Positions 1 through 9,829 of a DNA stretch of 64,000 nucleotides are shown one piece after another (positions within the stretch are counted from its first letter, which is position 1; each line of letters starts with the position of its first letter). Both the position numbers and the translations under genes were made by a program. The stretch spans positions 59,270 to 123,269 of IMG/VR virus record IMGVR_UViG_3300017746_000002; one strand, given 5' to 3'. The DNA comes from a virus. The notes under the pieces were generated by a model, which saw only the letters and a list, made by a program, of their open reading frames with translations, had not been told where the DNA came from and ran no database searches.

Positions 1-2640
1 ACCATTCCAATTATCAGTCATTGCAATGCTTCCATCATTTATCTGATCTTTTAGCATAAACTCATTTCTTGCACTAAATGTTGGAAAACCATTACCTGCA
101 ACAGAACTAGTCATCCCTTGATTCATTGCATCATATAGACTATTATATGCTACTGTAGTCTTATCATTCATATTATTATAAGGCCTAGAACCAGCTCCTG
201 GTCTCCAATCTTCACTACTATGTTTCACAACATGGTGTTGTAATCTTACAGGAAACTTTTTTCCACGTCCATCTGTAGCTCTAAAATTATTATAAAAGCT
301 ATTTGACAAATTATCCTCAGAAGAATCAACACCTTTTAGATAATTATCTATACCCTCTTGTCCAAATCTAGTATATTGAGATGATATGTTTTCAACTATT
401 CTTAATTCTGACATATCTACTGCATAATTTTCTTTTAATGCTGATTTAATATCAGAAACACCTAATGTTTTTAAAACATCAGGAGTAAAGATGCCGGATA
501 AGTATTGTTGATATTTTGCATAATCTCCAAAGTCTTCAACACTTTTTAATACTGCTGGTAAATTTGCATTATCAGCGTTAGCTTTAAACTTATCTGCTCC
601 AACTTGCTGATATTCTGATAAATTTAACATTCTAAATGTTCCATTATCATTTTCAATTAATGGTGAACCATATTTATCAAAAAATTCTTTTAATGATGGA
701 TCTGCTTGTGCCATTATCATATCATAAGCAGACTTGTATGTTTTATTTTGTTTTTCAACTATGTTTAATACATCAGCTTTACCATTTTCAATCTGACTTT
801 CTATCTGAGATATTTGTGTATTTAAAGAATTAAACTCAGCTGTACCTAACATAGGTGCAAATGCTCCTTCATCTCCTAAACCTACTTGATGATGATATTT
901 TTGTAATACTTCTAAATAAAGATCTTCAAGATCTGTTTGACTTCTACCTGCTCCGTTAAGTAAATACTCTTTAGCTTCATTCCAGTGTAAAAATTTCTTT
1001 TCCCATTTACCGTCTTTATTAGTAGGGTTAGTATCTTTCATATATCCAGAACCATCAGCATAGGTAAACACTTCAACTTCAATACCTGTTGGATCTACGT
1101 CATAGTCAGCACTACTCCAAATAGAAGCTAACTGAGTATGCATTTGTTCAATAGCAGTAAACATTGGAGCATTAACATTGTCTCTCATTTTTGTATCTAT
1201 GTAAAACTTGTTATCTCCCATAAGATCACCTGTATTTTCATATGAGCTAAGGTTTAATTCTGCATCAGGCATTCCGCTTTGCATACCAGGACCGTCAAGA
1301 TTAAGACCTCCACCACCTTCAAGTGATTTTTTATAGTCAGCTAAAGCTTTAGCATCATTAAACTTTTGTTGTTGTTCAATCATTCTGTATTCATGATCTA
1401 ACTTTTTTGAAACTAAAGGATTAACTTTTCTATCTGTAACTTTCATTGTAGTAGTAGCATACTCATTAGCAGCAGATAATACATCTTTATTAATAGAGTA
1501 ATTCATATATGCTTGATAAGCAATGTTTCTCATTTCTGCAAGATCTTTATATTCTCTAGATATATCTAAAATAGTTTTGTTATCTTTTTGTATACCTTTA
1601 TCTATTGCTGTAATAGCACCAAGAGTTTCTAAATAAGTTTGTTTTGCCTTAGTACCCGCTTTTGGATATTTTTCTAAATACTTTTCCCAACTATTTTTTG
1701 TTTGTGTTAATTTATCTTTTTGACTTGTTTCAGTTTTTATTTCATCTTCTATGCCAGTTTTACTTTGATCAATTATCTGACTTAAAATATATTTTTCAGC
1801 ATTTTCTTTACTACCGTATTTTGTAATATTATTTTCATTTTCATAAAACTTTCTTGCTTTTACATATGCTGCTGTAGCATAACCTCTTGAAATAAGAGGA
1901 TCATCTAGTATAGTTTTAGCAATAATATTTGCAGCAGGATTGTATGTTCCCATTACTCCTGTTTCTTTATCTACTACACCAGTTGGTCTATTAGTAATAA
2001 CAGAGCCATTGGTCATTGTAGACATCCATACTCCATCTTCACTAAACACAACATCAGTCATTTCTAACTTTTTACCTTTACCTTCATAGTTCATTAGGTA
2101 TTCAATACCTCTTTCAATTAAATCAGGGTCTTCAACATATTCAGGTAATCTTTCTGACATAGATTCTTCTAAGGATCCTGCTTTAAAATCTTGCATAGAA
2201 AAATTTAATCTATCTACACCATCTTGCCAATACTTATCTCTTTCTTTTGCATCAGGACTTTTTCTATATCCTTCTGCTTTTTGTGTTTCACCATTAAAAC
2301 GTTTAGTAAAAACAATATCTCTTACTATTGTTTTATCTTCAAAGAATGGTTTAAATAATGCTCTAGCAGCATCAGCATTCTGTTGTAAAGAAAAATCTGT
2401 ACCTGTAAGTTGTTGAATTTTAGGTACAAGAAGATTTGAATACTCATCTCTTTTGTGAATATTATCTTTATGAGATAAGTCAGCATGGACAACTTTACCA
2501 TATAAATCATTTAAATGTTTATAATTGGTATTATATCTGTCTTGTCTTCTACCTAATGTATCTGCTAAAAACTTAAAGTCTGGTGTATATGCTTTAGTTT
2601 TAGCTATGTAGTCATTACTATTTGGAAGGTATGTTGCCAT
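1..2640 (-). CDS. Putative virion cargo/ejection protein, runs off the left edge (at least 880 aa); absent from ORF track
   Basis: ATG at 2640 (MATYLPNSNDYIAKTKAYTPDFKFLADTLGRRQDRY...). Frame read open at both ends, including ...IAMTDNWNG at base 1. Lies downstream of the cargo genes as in crAss-like synteny. Confidence 0.75.
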   Translation of the reverse strand, partial: MATYLPNSNDYIAKTKAYTPDFKFLADTLGRRQDRYNTNYKHLNDLYGKVVHADLSHKDNIHKRDEYSNLLVPKIQQLTGTDFSLQQNADAARALFKPFFEDKTIVRDIVFTKRFNGETQKAEGYRKSPDAKERDKYWQDGVDRLNFSMQDFKAGSLEESMSERLPEYVEDPDLIERGIEYLMNYEGKGKKLEMTDVVFSEDGVWMSTMTNGSVITNRPTGVVDKETGVMGTYNPAANIIAKTILDDPLISRGYATAAYVKARKFYENENNITKYGSKENAEKYILSQIIDQSKTGIEDEIKTETSQKDKLTQTKNSWEKYLEKYPKAGTKAKQTYLETLGAITAIDKGIQKDNKTILDISREYKDLAEMRNIAYQAYMNYSINKDVLSAANEYATTTMKVTDRKVNPLVSKKLDHEYRMIEQQQKFNDAKALADYKKSLEGGGGLNLDGPGMQSGMPDAELNLSSYENTGDLMGDNKFYIDTKMRDNVNAPMFTAIEQMHTQLASIWSSADYDVDPTGIEVEVFTYADGSGYMKDTNPTNKDGKWEKKFLHWNEAKEYLLNGAGRSQTDLEDLYLEVLQKYHHQVGLGDEGAFAPMLGTAEFNSLNTQISQIESQIENGKADVLNIVEKQNKTYKSAYDMIMAQADPSLKEFFDKYGSPLIENDNGTFRMLNLSEYQQVGADKFKANADNANLPAVLKSVEDFGDYAKYQQYLSGIFTPDVLKTLGVSDIKSALKENYAVDMSELRIVENISSQYTRFGQEGIDNYLKGVDSSEDNLSNSFYNNFRATDGRGKKFPVRLQHHVVKHSSEDWRPGAGSRPYNNMNDKTTVAYNSLYDAMNQGMTSSVAGNGFPTFSARNEFMLKDQINDGSIAMTDNWNG

Positions 2641-2644
2641 ATTA

Positions 2645-2652
2645 CAAAATTA
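2645..2652 (-). promoter_or_regulatory. Bacteroidota-type -7 promoter box (TAATTTTG)
   Basis: Matches TAnnTTTG, 4 nt upstream of the ATG at 2640. Confidence 0.5.
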
Positions 2653-2702
2653 CTATATTTTTTTAACTTTTATTCATTTATAGAGTAAATTTTTAAAGTT
2701 TA

Positions 2703-5700
2703 CTAAACTCCAAATATCCAATCTCTTAAAGCTTTCTTACTTCTTGCTAGCTCTTTTTTTCTATCACAGGAAGAACAACCTACTTCATTACCATATTTTA
2801 CTTCTGTAGTATTTTCTATTTCTGTTTCTTCATCCTTATTATTAGTCATATTAGAACGTAACGGTGTAGAAGATGCTGAACCTTGTCCCATATATTGTTT
2901 AATACAATTAAGCATTTGATTTGTATTATCTTTAAAGCCCATATCGTTACATGCTGTTCTTGCATTTTGCATTGTCATTTGTTCTGTAGCTTTATTAGCA
3001 TTAAGATCATCAGGATTATAAAATGTGTTCATATGATTCTGAGCATCATAGTAGTAATTAGGATTCTCCATATTTAATGCATATAACTTATCTGCATTAT
3101 CCATTCTTTCTACTTGTGTATCTACAATGTTTGCATTATCTGCAGCCATTGTATTATCAAAATTATTTAATGCTGTTGCTACTCTTGTGTTATATTCATC
3201 TCTATTAGCTGAATTTGTAGCCATTGCGTTATTTAATATTTGAGACTTTCTTGCTTCACTGTTGTCAAAGATCTTAATGTTTGTATTTGCTACATCAGAA
3301 ATACCTTTATTCATCTTATCACTAATTTGTCCCATATAGAATGAAGCATTTGCAGGATCAGCTTTTGCTAACTGTTGTGCCATAGCTAAGTTAGCTTGTA
3401 TCATAGCTTGAGGATCTTGATATGCTACATCAGGAAGAACAGGATCTACATTTTGCCTAGTAGGCATATATAAATTTCTATCCCACTTTTGACCAATAGC
3501 ATTTTGTAGTCTAAGATCATCCTGTGGGAAAGTCATATAAGGAGGAATTTCTCTATCTTCTGGTGTTTCAGGTTTTGTTTTACAACTACAAGTATCTAAA
3601 TCAAATTCTTGTCCTTTACTTAAACATTCAGCAGCTATTCTTTTTTGTTCTGCTTCATCACATTTTATATCTGTAATAATTTCTTCTTCATGTACTTCAT
3701 TAGTAGCAGAACTATATTGTCCAGCAGATGCCATTCCTATTATACCATCAAGATCTGACATTGGTAAACCAGTTCTTTCATCTATGTGTCTTCCACCTTT
3801 ATGCTTTCCTCCTTTTAAATCTAAAGTAATATTACCAAAAAATGCATCTGCTTGATCTAAATCTGTTTCTGTACCTTTTAGATCTTGCATTGCTGTAAAC
3901 ATTCCTTGGAACATTTTAGCATTTTGTGCATAGGTATCACCTTCACAATCACCCCAACCAAACTCTTCACATATAGCTTTATATCCTCCTGATTTAAAGT
4001 CAGTTGGGTTATAACCTGCATGTTTAGCTTGGAGAAGTTTATCATTCATATCCATATATGCTGTAAACAACTCTTCTTCTGATTTACCTGATACTGGTTG
4101 ATTAGCTACTATTCTTTTTAAATCTTTAACACTAAGATCACCAAGCTTCTTTCCATCTTTAATAGATTTTTTTATTGCCTCTATACCACCTGCATTTAAA
4201 ACAACATCATCCCATTGTTTTTCAAGAGCCCTATAACCTTCAACCCATGCAGTTCTAACATCTGCAAAATCTTCACCCATAACATGATTATAGAATTCTT
4301 GGTGTGCAGCTCTACCTGCTTCTCTACCTTTATATTTATCTGAATCATGTGCATTCTTATGATTACAATCATCACCTGTACATATAGGTTGTCCTTTTTG
4401 CATTTGTGGTAGTTCCATGCCATCTCTTGCCATCATCATACCTGCGCCTTGCATAGCAGGATTAGAACCAGTATACATTGAAGGATCTGCAATCTGCACA
4501 TTTGGCATAGATTGATCTAAGTCCATTATTGAACCTGCTAATACATCTTTTCTTTGAACACTTCTCATTTGAAGCTCAACGTCTCTCATTTGTGCTTGGA
4601 GATTATTTATTTGTTTTTCAAACTCCTCTTGCGCTTTCTTTTCTTTAAACATATGAGGATTTGCTTGATGATACTTTATAGCTGCAGAATGCTCTTGCTG
4701 CATCATTTCTAATTGTGAACCAAGAGATCTATACATAGGGTTACTTGTATATGATGGAGTTAATGGATCTAACTCAATCTCATTTGATCTACCCATAGAT
4801 ATACCCATATTATCTTGTCCCCCATAAACAAATCTTCTTAGTGAACCACCTCTACTCATTCCTGGTAGTCCAAGAGGATTTTGATCTCTTACATATCCTT
4901 CAGGAACTCCCATTGTAGGAACCATTGGTTGACCTGTTTCAACACCCATTTGTCCAAATAGTGGATCTTTAAAGCCAGCCCCTAAATCTCTATCTCCATG
5001 TATTGCATCCCATTCAGCTTTTATATTGTTAGTTGATTCAAACATAGCTTCTGATCTAGCATCTGGTCCACCAGTATTTCCACCTCCTTGCATTTTGGGC
5101 ATATTACCATAAGGCATGTTAGGTAAATTTTCATGACCTGGCATGATTCTTGTGTCTGTATCAGGAGCTTTCATTTTGTCAAGAGCTTTAGTCTTATAGC
5201 TCTCATACATAAATTTAACTTCTTTTATATCTTTTAATCTATATGCAAATCTCCACTCATCATATGTACATAGTTGATTCTTACATTTTGTAGCTAAATC
5301 AAATTCAACCTTAACTTCTGGTTCTTCTTGTAAAGCTTTACCTACTCCTGCACCAGCAACTGCACCAGCTGATTGAGCAGGCACTTCTCCTTGAGTTTGA
5401 TAAGGCATTAAGTCTCCACCATACTTCATACCAGGACCTTTATAATTTTTATTTGTATCAGCTGCATGTTTCATTGCTGCACTAGGTGGAGGATTTCCAT
5501 ATGCTGGACATGGTGGATGATCATCTTCTGCTGAATTATCCTGTGGCGTATTCTCAACTGGAGCAACACTGTAAGTAGATTTTTTAAATCCACCAAATAA
5601 TAACTTATCTAACTTTGTTGGATTGTTTGGCATACCACCCGTTACACCACCAGCTGCCATTTGTGGAGGAACCATCATACCTTGTGCTTGCATATCAGTA

Positions 5701-6383
5701 GGAGGTTGAGGTGGCATCATACCTTGAGGAGGCATTCCTTGAGCCATACCTTGTTGTGGTTGTTGCTCTGGATTCTTTTCAGCATTAATCTGATCTATCT
5801 TTTGTTGAAATTGTTGAGGGTCTACACCTTTAGCCATTAAATATGGAAAAGCAGCTAATGGTAAACCATTCTCAAAATCTTTTTTAGATTCTTGGATAAA
5901 TGCTATCTGAGATAACATTATCTTATTTTTATTAATCATCTGTTCTGCAGTTTCAACTGCAATCTTATCAGATGTTTCATCTTCTAATGTTTCTATATAT
6001 TTATTTAAAGGAAATTTCTTAGCAGCTTTAGCAGGAGTAATTCTTTTCTTTTGTTCAATTCCTAAAGATTTCATTTCATCTTTAGTTAAAAGCATTCCTC
6101 TTGTGTCAGAGTAAATAAAACTTTGGTCTGGTAAACTTAAAGGAGTACCTCCTTCATTATGTCTTTTACCTCCTATGTTATATAATTCAAATACTCCATC
6201 TCCTGACGTGTCAGTTAATGCTACTTCACCTTTTTCTGCTTCTAAATTAGCTGCTTCTCTATCAACAGGCTTTAATGTATTGCTAGAAGTAGCACCACCA
6301 GCAGCATATGTTTTTATAACTTTACCGTTTCTTACAGTAAAACCTTTGGGTAATGAATTTTTATTTATTTTTATTTTTGCCAT
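2703..6383 (-). CDS. Putative virion cargo protein, 1226 aa
   Basis: N-terminal NLEAEKGE...GGKRHNEGG...FIYSD block typical of crAss-like cargo proteins; many xxGG motifs; position after muzzle. Confidence 0.7.
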   Translation of the reverse strand: MAKIKINKNSLPKGFTVRNGKVIKTYAAGGATSSNTLKPVDREAANLEAEKGEVALTDTSGDGVFELYNIGGKRHNEGGTPLSLPDQSFIYSDTRGMLLTKDEMKSLGIEQKKRITPAKAAKKFPLNKYIETLEDETSDKIAVETAEQMINKNKIMLSQIAFIQESKKDFENGLPLAAFPYLMAKGVDPQQFQQKIDQINAEKNPEQQPQQGMAQGMPPQGMMPPQPPTDMQAQGMMVPPQMAAGGVTGGMPNNPTKLDKLLFGGFKKSTYSVAPVENTPQDNSAEDDHPPCPAYGNPPPSAAMKHAADTNKNYKGPGMKYGGDLMPYQTQGEVPAQSAGAVAGAGVGKALQEEPEVKVEFDLATKCKNQLCTYDEWRFAYRLKDIKEVKFMYESYKTKALDKMKAPDTDTRIMPGHENLPNMPYGNMPKMQGGGNTGGPDARSEAMFESTNNIKAEWDAIHGDRDLGAGFKDPLFGQMGVETGQPMVPTMGVPEGYVRDQNPLGLPGMSRGGSLRRFVYGGQDNMGISMGRSNEIELDPLTPSYTSNPMYRSLGSQLEMMQQEHSAAIKYHQANPHMFKEKKAQEEFEKQINNLQAQMRDVELQMRSVQRKDVLAGSIMDLDQSMPNVQIADPSMYTGSNPAMQGAGMMMARDGMELPQMQKGQPICTGDDCNHKNAHDSDKYKGREAGRAAHQEFYNHVMGEDFADVRTAWVEGYRALEKQWDDVVLNAGGIEAIKKSIKDGKKLGDLSVKDLKRIVANQPVSGKSEEELFTAYMDMNDKLLQAKHAGYNPTDFKSGGYKAICEEFGWGDCEGDTYAQNAKMFQGMFTAMQDLKGTETDLDQADAFFGNITLDLKGGKHKGGRHIDERTGLPMSDLDGIIGMASAGQYSSATNEVHEEEIITDIKCDEAEQKRIAAECLSKGQEFDLDTCSCKTKPETPEDREIPPYMTFPQDDLRLQNAIGQKWDRNLYMPTRQNVDPVLPDVAYQDPQAMIQANLAMAQQLAKADPANASFYMGQISDKMNKGISDVANTNIKIFDNSEARKSQILNNAMATNSANRDEYNTRVATALNNFDNTMAADNANIVDTQVERMDNADKLYALNMENPNYYYDAQNHMNTFYNPDDLNANKATEQMTMQNARTACNDMGFKDNTNQMLNCIKQYMGQGSASSTPLRSNMTNNKDEETEIENTTEVKYGNEVGCSSCDRKKELARSKKALRDWIFGV

Positions 6384-6385
6384 AA

Positions 6386-9300
6386 TTATATAATTTCTAT
6401 ATCAGCACCTGCTTTTATTAGTTCTTGTAATAATTCATAATCTATTTCTACTTCAGTTCCATACTTTGCTACCTTATCTATTTTAGGTTCATCTTTTTTC
6501 TTAGCTATAGTAGAAGGTGCAGGTTTTTCTGTTTTTGGTAGAGTAGTTTCTTCTGCTTTAGCAATTAAAGCACTTGGACTTTTACCGTCCTTTTTATCTG
6601 GAGTTACGGCATCAGCAACTTGTGTAGTCATACTTCTACCATCAGTAACACCTGCATATTCAGCGGCATCCTTTGCTACTGAAGCCGCACCTACTGCTAT
6701 TCCAGCTCCAGGTATCATTGAGGCAGCATTAATTGCCATATTTTCTGTATGCTTCATTGCTCCCTCTGTATCTCCTTCATAAGCAGAATAACCAGCTCTA
6801 GCACCAGATGTAGCTGTATTAACAGCATCCACAACATTACCTACAATAGGAACTGTACCTGCTGCTGACATAGCTGTTTGTGCATAATCTAAACCTTTAT
6901 TTATAGGAGTTTTAAAATCAGTTTCTTCATACCAATTTTTTGCTTTATCCCACCATCCGTCTTTTGCCATTGGTAAATGACCACCATAAGCCATTTTAGC
7001 CATTATTTGTTTTTGATATGCAATAACTTCAGGGCTATAACCTATCTCTACATTATAAGGATTAGATCCTGTAAACTCAGCTAGTGCTGCATAGTTAACA
7101 TTATCTACAACCGGTTGTGCCATACCCTGTCCACCCATTTGCATTATTAATGGAGCCTTCATATTATTACCAGAATAGATTTCATCTACTTTCTCATTAG
7201 TAAAGCTATCTCCACTATTAACATCATGTATTCCTTGTGAAGATTCCTGAACCATAAATTGAGATTCAGCATCAGTATTTTCTGTTTCAGCCTTTGTTTG
7301 AGCAGCATCATTTGCCCATCCTTCTAAAACAGCATTACCAAAGTCTGCCCATTTAGTTACAGCTCCTGATACATCACCATATGTATTTATAGCTCTATCT
7401 ACTATACCTGTTTTAGTATTAGCTTTTACTCTATTAGCAATATTACCATAACTTGAGTCAACTACTCCTGAATCAGCAACAGTAGTCTCATCCATTTCAT
7501 TCATTTCTTCTTCAGTCATGTTTGCTTCTTCCTCATCAGTAGTACCGTCACCTTCTGGACTTCCATCTGGTGGTGGAGTTGCATTTGCGTCAGGATTATT
7601 TGCATCATTGTTAGCATTTTCATTTGTTTCATCTACAGGAACTTCTTTCTTTTCTGCATTATTATCTTTTGGAGGATCACTAGGACCATCAGATTTATTT
7701 TTATTATCCTTATCTTTTTCTCCTTCATCTTGATAGAAAGGTAGTGCACCTCCATTTCTGTAAAAGTTTAACTTGTCTGCACGTTCTTGATCATCTTGCA
7801 TTAATAATTTATGTAACCATTCTCTATTTAATTGTAACTTTCCTGCTGGACCTAAATTGCTTTGATGATTTTGATCTTGTCCTATAACGTTTCTGTACAT
7901 CCAACTATTAGCTAAATCATTTTCAATACGTAAACTATCCCTAGTTATTGCATTTTGTAATTCATTAGCAGTAAAATTCCCTGTATATGGAACAACTGAT
8001 GTTCTTGGAAAATTAGGAGTGTACTCTAAAAAGTCATGTACTTTTTCACCTTTATCTTGATATTTGTCAAGTTGTTTTTGACCACCGTATACAAACATTT
8101 CTAATCCCATACTAGCTTCTTCTCTTTCTTTTCTTAATCTATTTTTTCTTTCCTGATTTCCTTCTTGAGTTTTAATAACTTTTGTAGCACCATTAGTATA
8201 TTTAATTGTTGTAGTACCATCACCATTATCAACTCTACTTTCTTCTATTAAGCCACTAGGATTATCATTTCCATCGTCATTATTATTATTATTATCTTCT
8301 TCTCTCTTTTCTCTCTTTATTTCTTCACTTGATTTTTTTATGACTTTCTTATTATCAGTATAATCATTTTCTGGATCATAATCTTCAATTTGTAAATTTG
8401 ACATACCATCATCCATTATAACATTAGGATCTGCTTCAGGTCCTGTTCTTACTAAACTTGTTACATCAGCATCAGGATTAACTAATATATCAGTTACACT
8501 ATAATCTTTAGTTTTATCTCTTGCTTTATCAAACTCTGTTCTATCATTTTCTGAATCAAAAGCTCTAGTTTTTGTTACTGTTTTAGTTACTGTTTTTGGA
8601 TTTTCCTCACTTTCTGGTTCATCAGGATTGAAATTTGGATTATCTTCTGTAACTTCTTCTTCATATTCTACATCATCATAAGTTACATTTCCTGTTACAC
8701 GGTCCATTGTTTGTCTAGAAGCAACATTAGTATTGTCTAAATGACCTTTTTCATTATATTCAGTAATTAAATTATCTCTATGATCTTGGAACTCATTAAA
8801 TCTTCTAGAAGTATGCATTCCTTGTGTGCCTATAACATCAGATAGTTTCATGTCTTTATCACCAGACTCAATAAACTTTTGTAAATTAGCATCATCCCAA
8901 TATAACTGTGCATCATTTGCATTACCAATCTTACTTGTATCAAGAGTGGTTTGTTTAAAGTCTGCTTTTGTATAAGGTTTGCCTGTTTTAGGATTTATTG
9001 ACTGTCTTCCAAATCCTTTTATTGCTTGTCCTGTAGAACCAATTGCATCAGCTAAAAGACCCCATTTAGATGTTGGAGATAATTCATAATCAGGAGTTCC
9101 TTTTTTTGTTCCTTGTCCTAAATTGTGAGAATTAACAACATCCTCCATTTCTTTTTTACTAATCTTACCATTTTGATAATCTTGTATAGCTTTTTGCTTA
9201 TCAGTTTCTGAAGACTCTTCTACTTTTTCTATACATGTACATGTAGCTGGATCTACTTTAAGTCCTTTCTTAGCACATTCAAAATATACAGATTTTTCAC

Positions 9301-9784
9301 AACCTTCACCTTCAGGACTACCATCACCTTCTCCATCATTATCTTCTGCATTCTCACTTATCTGTTCACCACATGTGCTTTTAGTAGGACTACAACTTCC
9401 AGAAGAAAAATATTCTTCTCCTGCTCTTTCCCATCCTTCTGGACATATACATTTATTATCTACAGACTCATCAGTATAGTCTCCACCTCTCGTACCATCA
9501 GTTTCCTCACCTTCAGTGTTCTCTTCACTTGGAGTACCTTTTAAATATTCTTGATATTGTTCTTGTGCATTTGCACCCTTTCTATTTACTGGATCTTGTA
9601 GTACCCATTCTTTAAAGTCTAGTTTCTTATCAACAGTTTCTTCCTCTTCCACTGTTTCTTCAATAGGACCTTCAGTCTGATACCATGGTAATGCACCACC
9701 ATTACGCATAAGATATTGATACTGATCCAAGTATGGATAAACGTCAAAAGTTTGATTTTTTATATTTTTTTTCTTTTTTGCCAT
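6386..9784 (-). CDS. Acidic low-complexity putative cargo protein with xxGG motifs and a pre-toxin-TG-like segment, 1132 aa
   Basis: Long ORF; RNGGALPxYQ twice; C-terminal AAGTVPIVGNVVDAVN...AASMIPGAG. Confidence 0.65.
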   Translation of the reverse strand: MAKKKKNIKNQTFDVYPYLDQYQYLMRNGGALPWYQTEGPIEETVEEEETVDKKLDFKEWVLQDPVNRKGANAQEQYQEYLKGTPSEENTEGEETDGTRGGDYTDESVDNKCICPEGWERAGEEYFSSGSCSPTKSTCGEQISENAEDNDGEGDGSPEGEGCEKSVYFECAKKGLKVDPATCTCIEKVEESSETDKQKAIQDYQNGKISKKEMEDVVNSHNLGQGTKKGTPDYELSPTSKWGLLADAIGSTGQAIKGFGRQSINPKTGKPYTKADFKQTTLDTSKIGNANDAQLYWDDANLQKFIESGDKDMKLSDVIGTQGMHTSRRFNEFQDHRDNLITEYNEKGHLDNTNVASRQTMDRVTGNVTYDDVEYEEEVTEDNPNFNPDEPESEENPKTVTKTVTKTRAFDSENDRTEFDKARDKTKDYSVTDILVNPDADVTSLVRTGPEADPNVIMDDGMSNLQIEDYDPENDYTDNKKVIKKSSEEIKREKREEDNNNNNDDGNDNPSGLIEESRVDNGDGTTTIKYTNGATKVIKTQEGNQERKNRLRKEREEASMGLEMFVYGGQKQLDKYQDKGEKVHDFLEYTPNFPRTSVVPYTGNFTANELQNAITRDSLRIENDLANSWMYRNVIGQDQNHQSNLGPAGKLQLNREWLHKLLMQDDQERADKLNFYRNGGALPFYQDEGEKDKDNKNKSDGPSDPPKDNNAEKKEVPVDETNENANNDANNPDANATPPPDGSPEGDGTTDEEEANMTEEEMNEMDETTVADSGVVDSSYGNIANRVKANTKTGIVDRAINTYGDVSGAVTKWADFGNAVLEGWANDAAQTKAETENTDAESQFMVQESSQGIHDVNSGDSFTNEKVDEIYSGNNMKAPLIMQMGGQGMAQPVVDNVNYAALAEFTGSNPYNVEIGYSPEVIAYQKQIMAKMAYGGHLPMAKDGWWDKAKNWYEETDFKTPINKGLDYAQTAMSAAGTVPIVGNVVDAVNTATSGARAGYSAYEGDTEGAMKHTENMAINAASMIPGAGIAVGAASVAKDAAEYAGVTDGRSMTTQVADAVTPDKKDGKSPSALIAKAEETTLPKTEKPAPSTIAKKKDEPKIDKVAKYGTEVEIDYELLQELIKAGADIEII

Positions 9785-9792
9785 TTTATTTC

Positions 9793-9813
9793 ATTACATA
9801 TATAATATACTAA
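9793..9813 (-). promoter_or_regulatory. Putative late promoter (TTAGTATATTATATATGTAAT)
   Basis: 21-bp exact copy at 40881-40901; core GTATATTAT recurs upstream of other late genes. Confidence 0.65.
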
Positions 9814-9829
9814 AAATCAAGCACATTAA

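Noticed and set aside
8270-8600. (ATT)n run and 12-bp KTVT repeat
   Set aside because: In-frame low-complexity coding sequence, not a phase-variable tract or array
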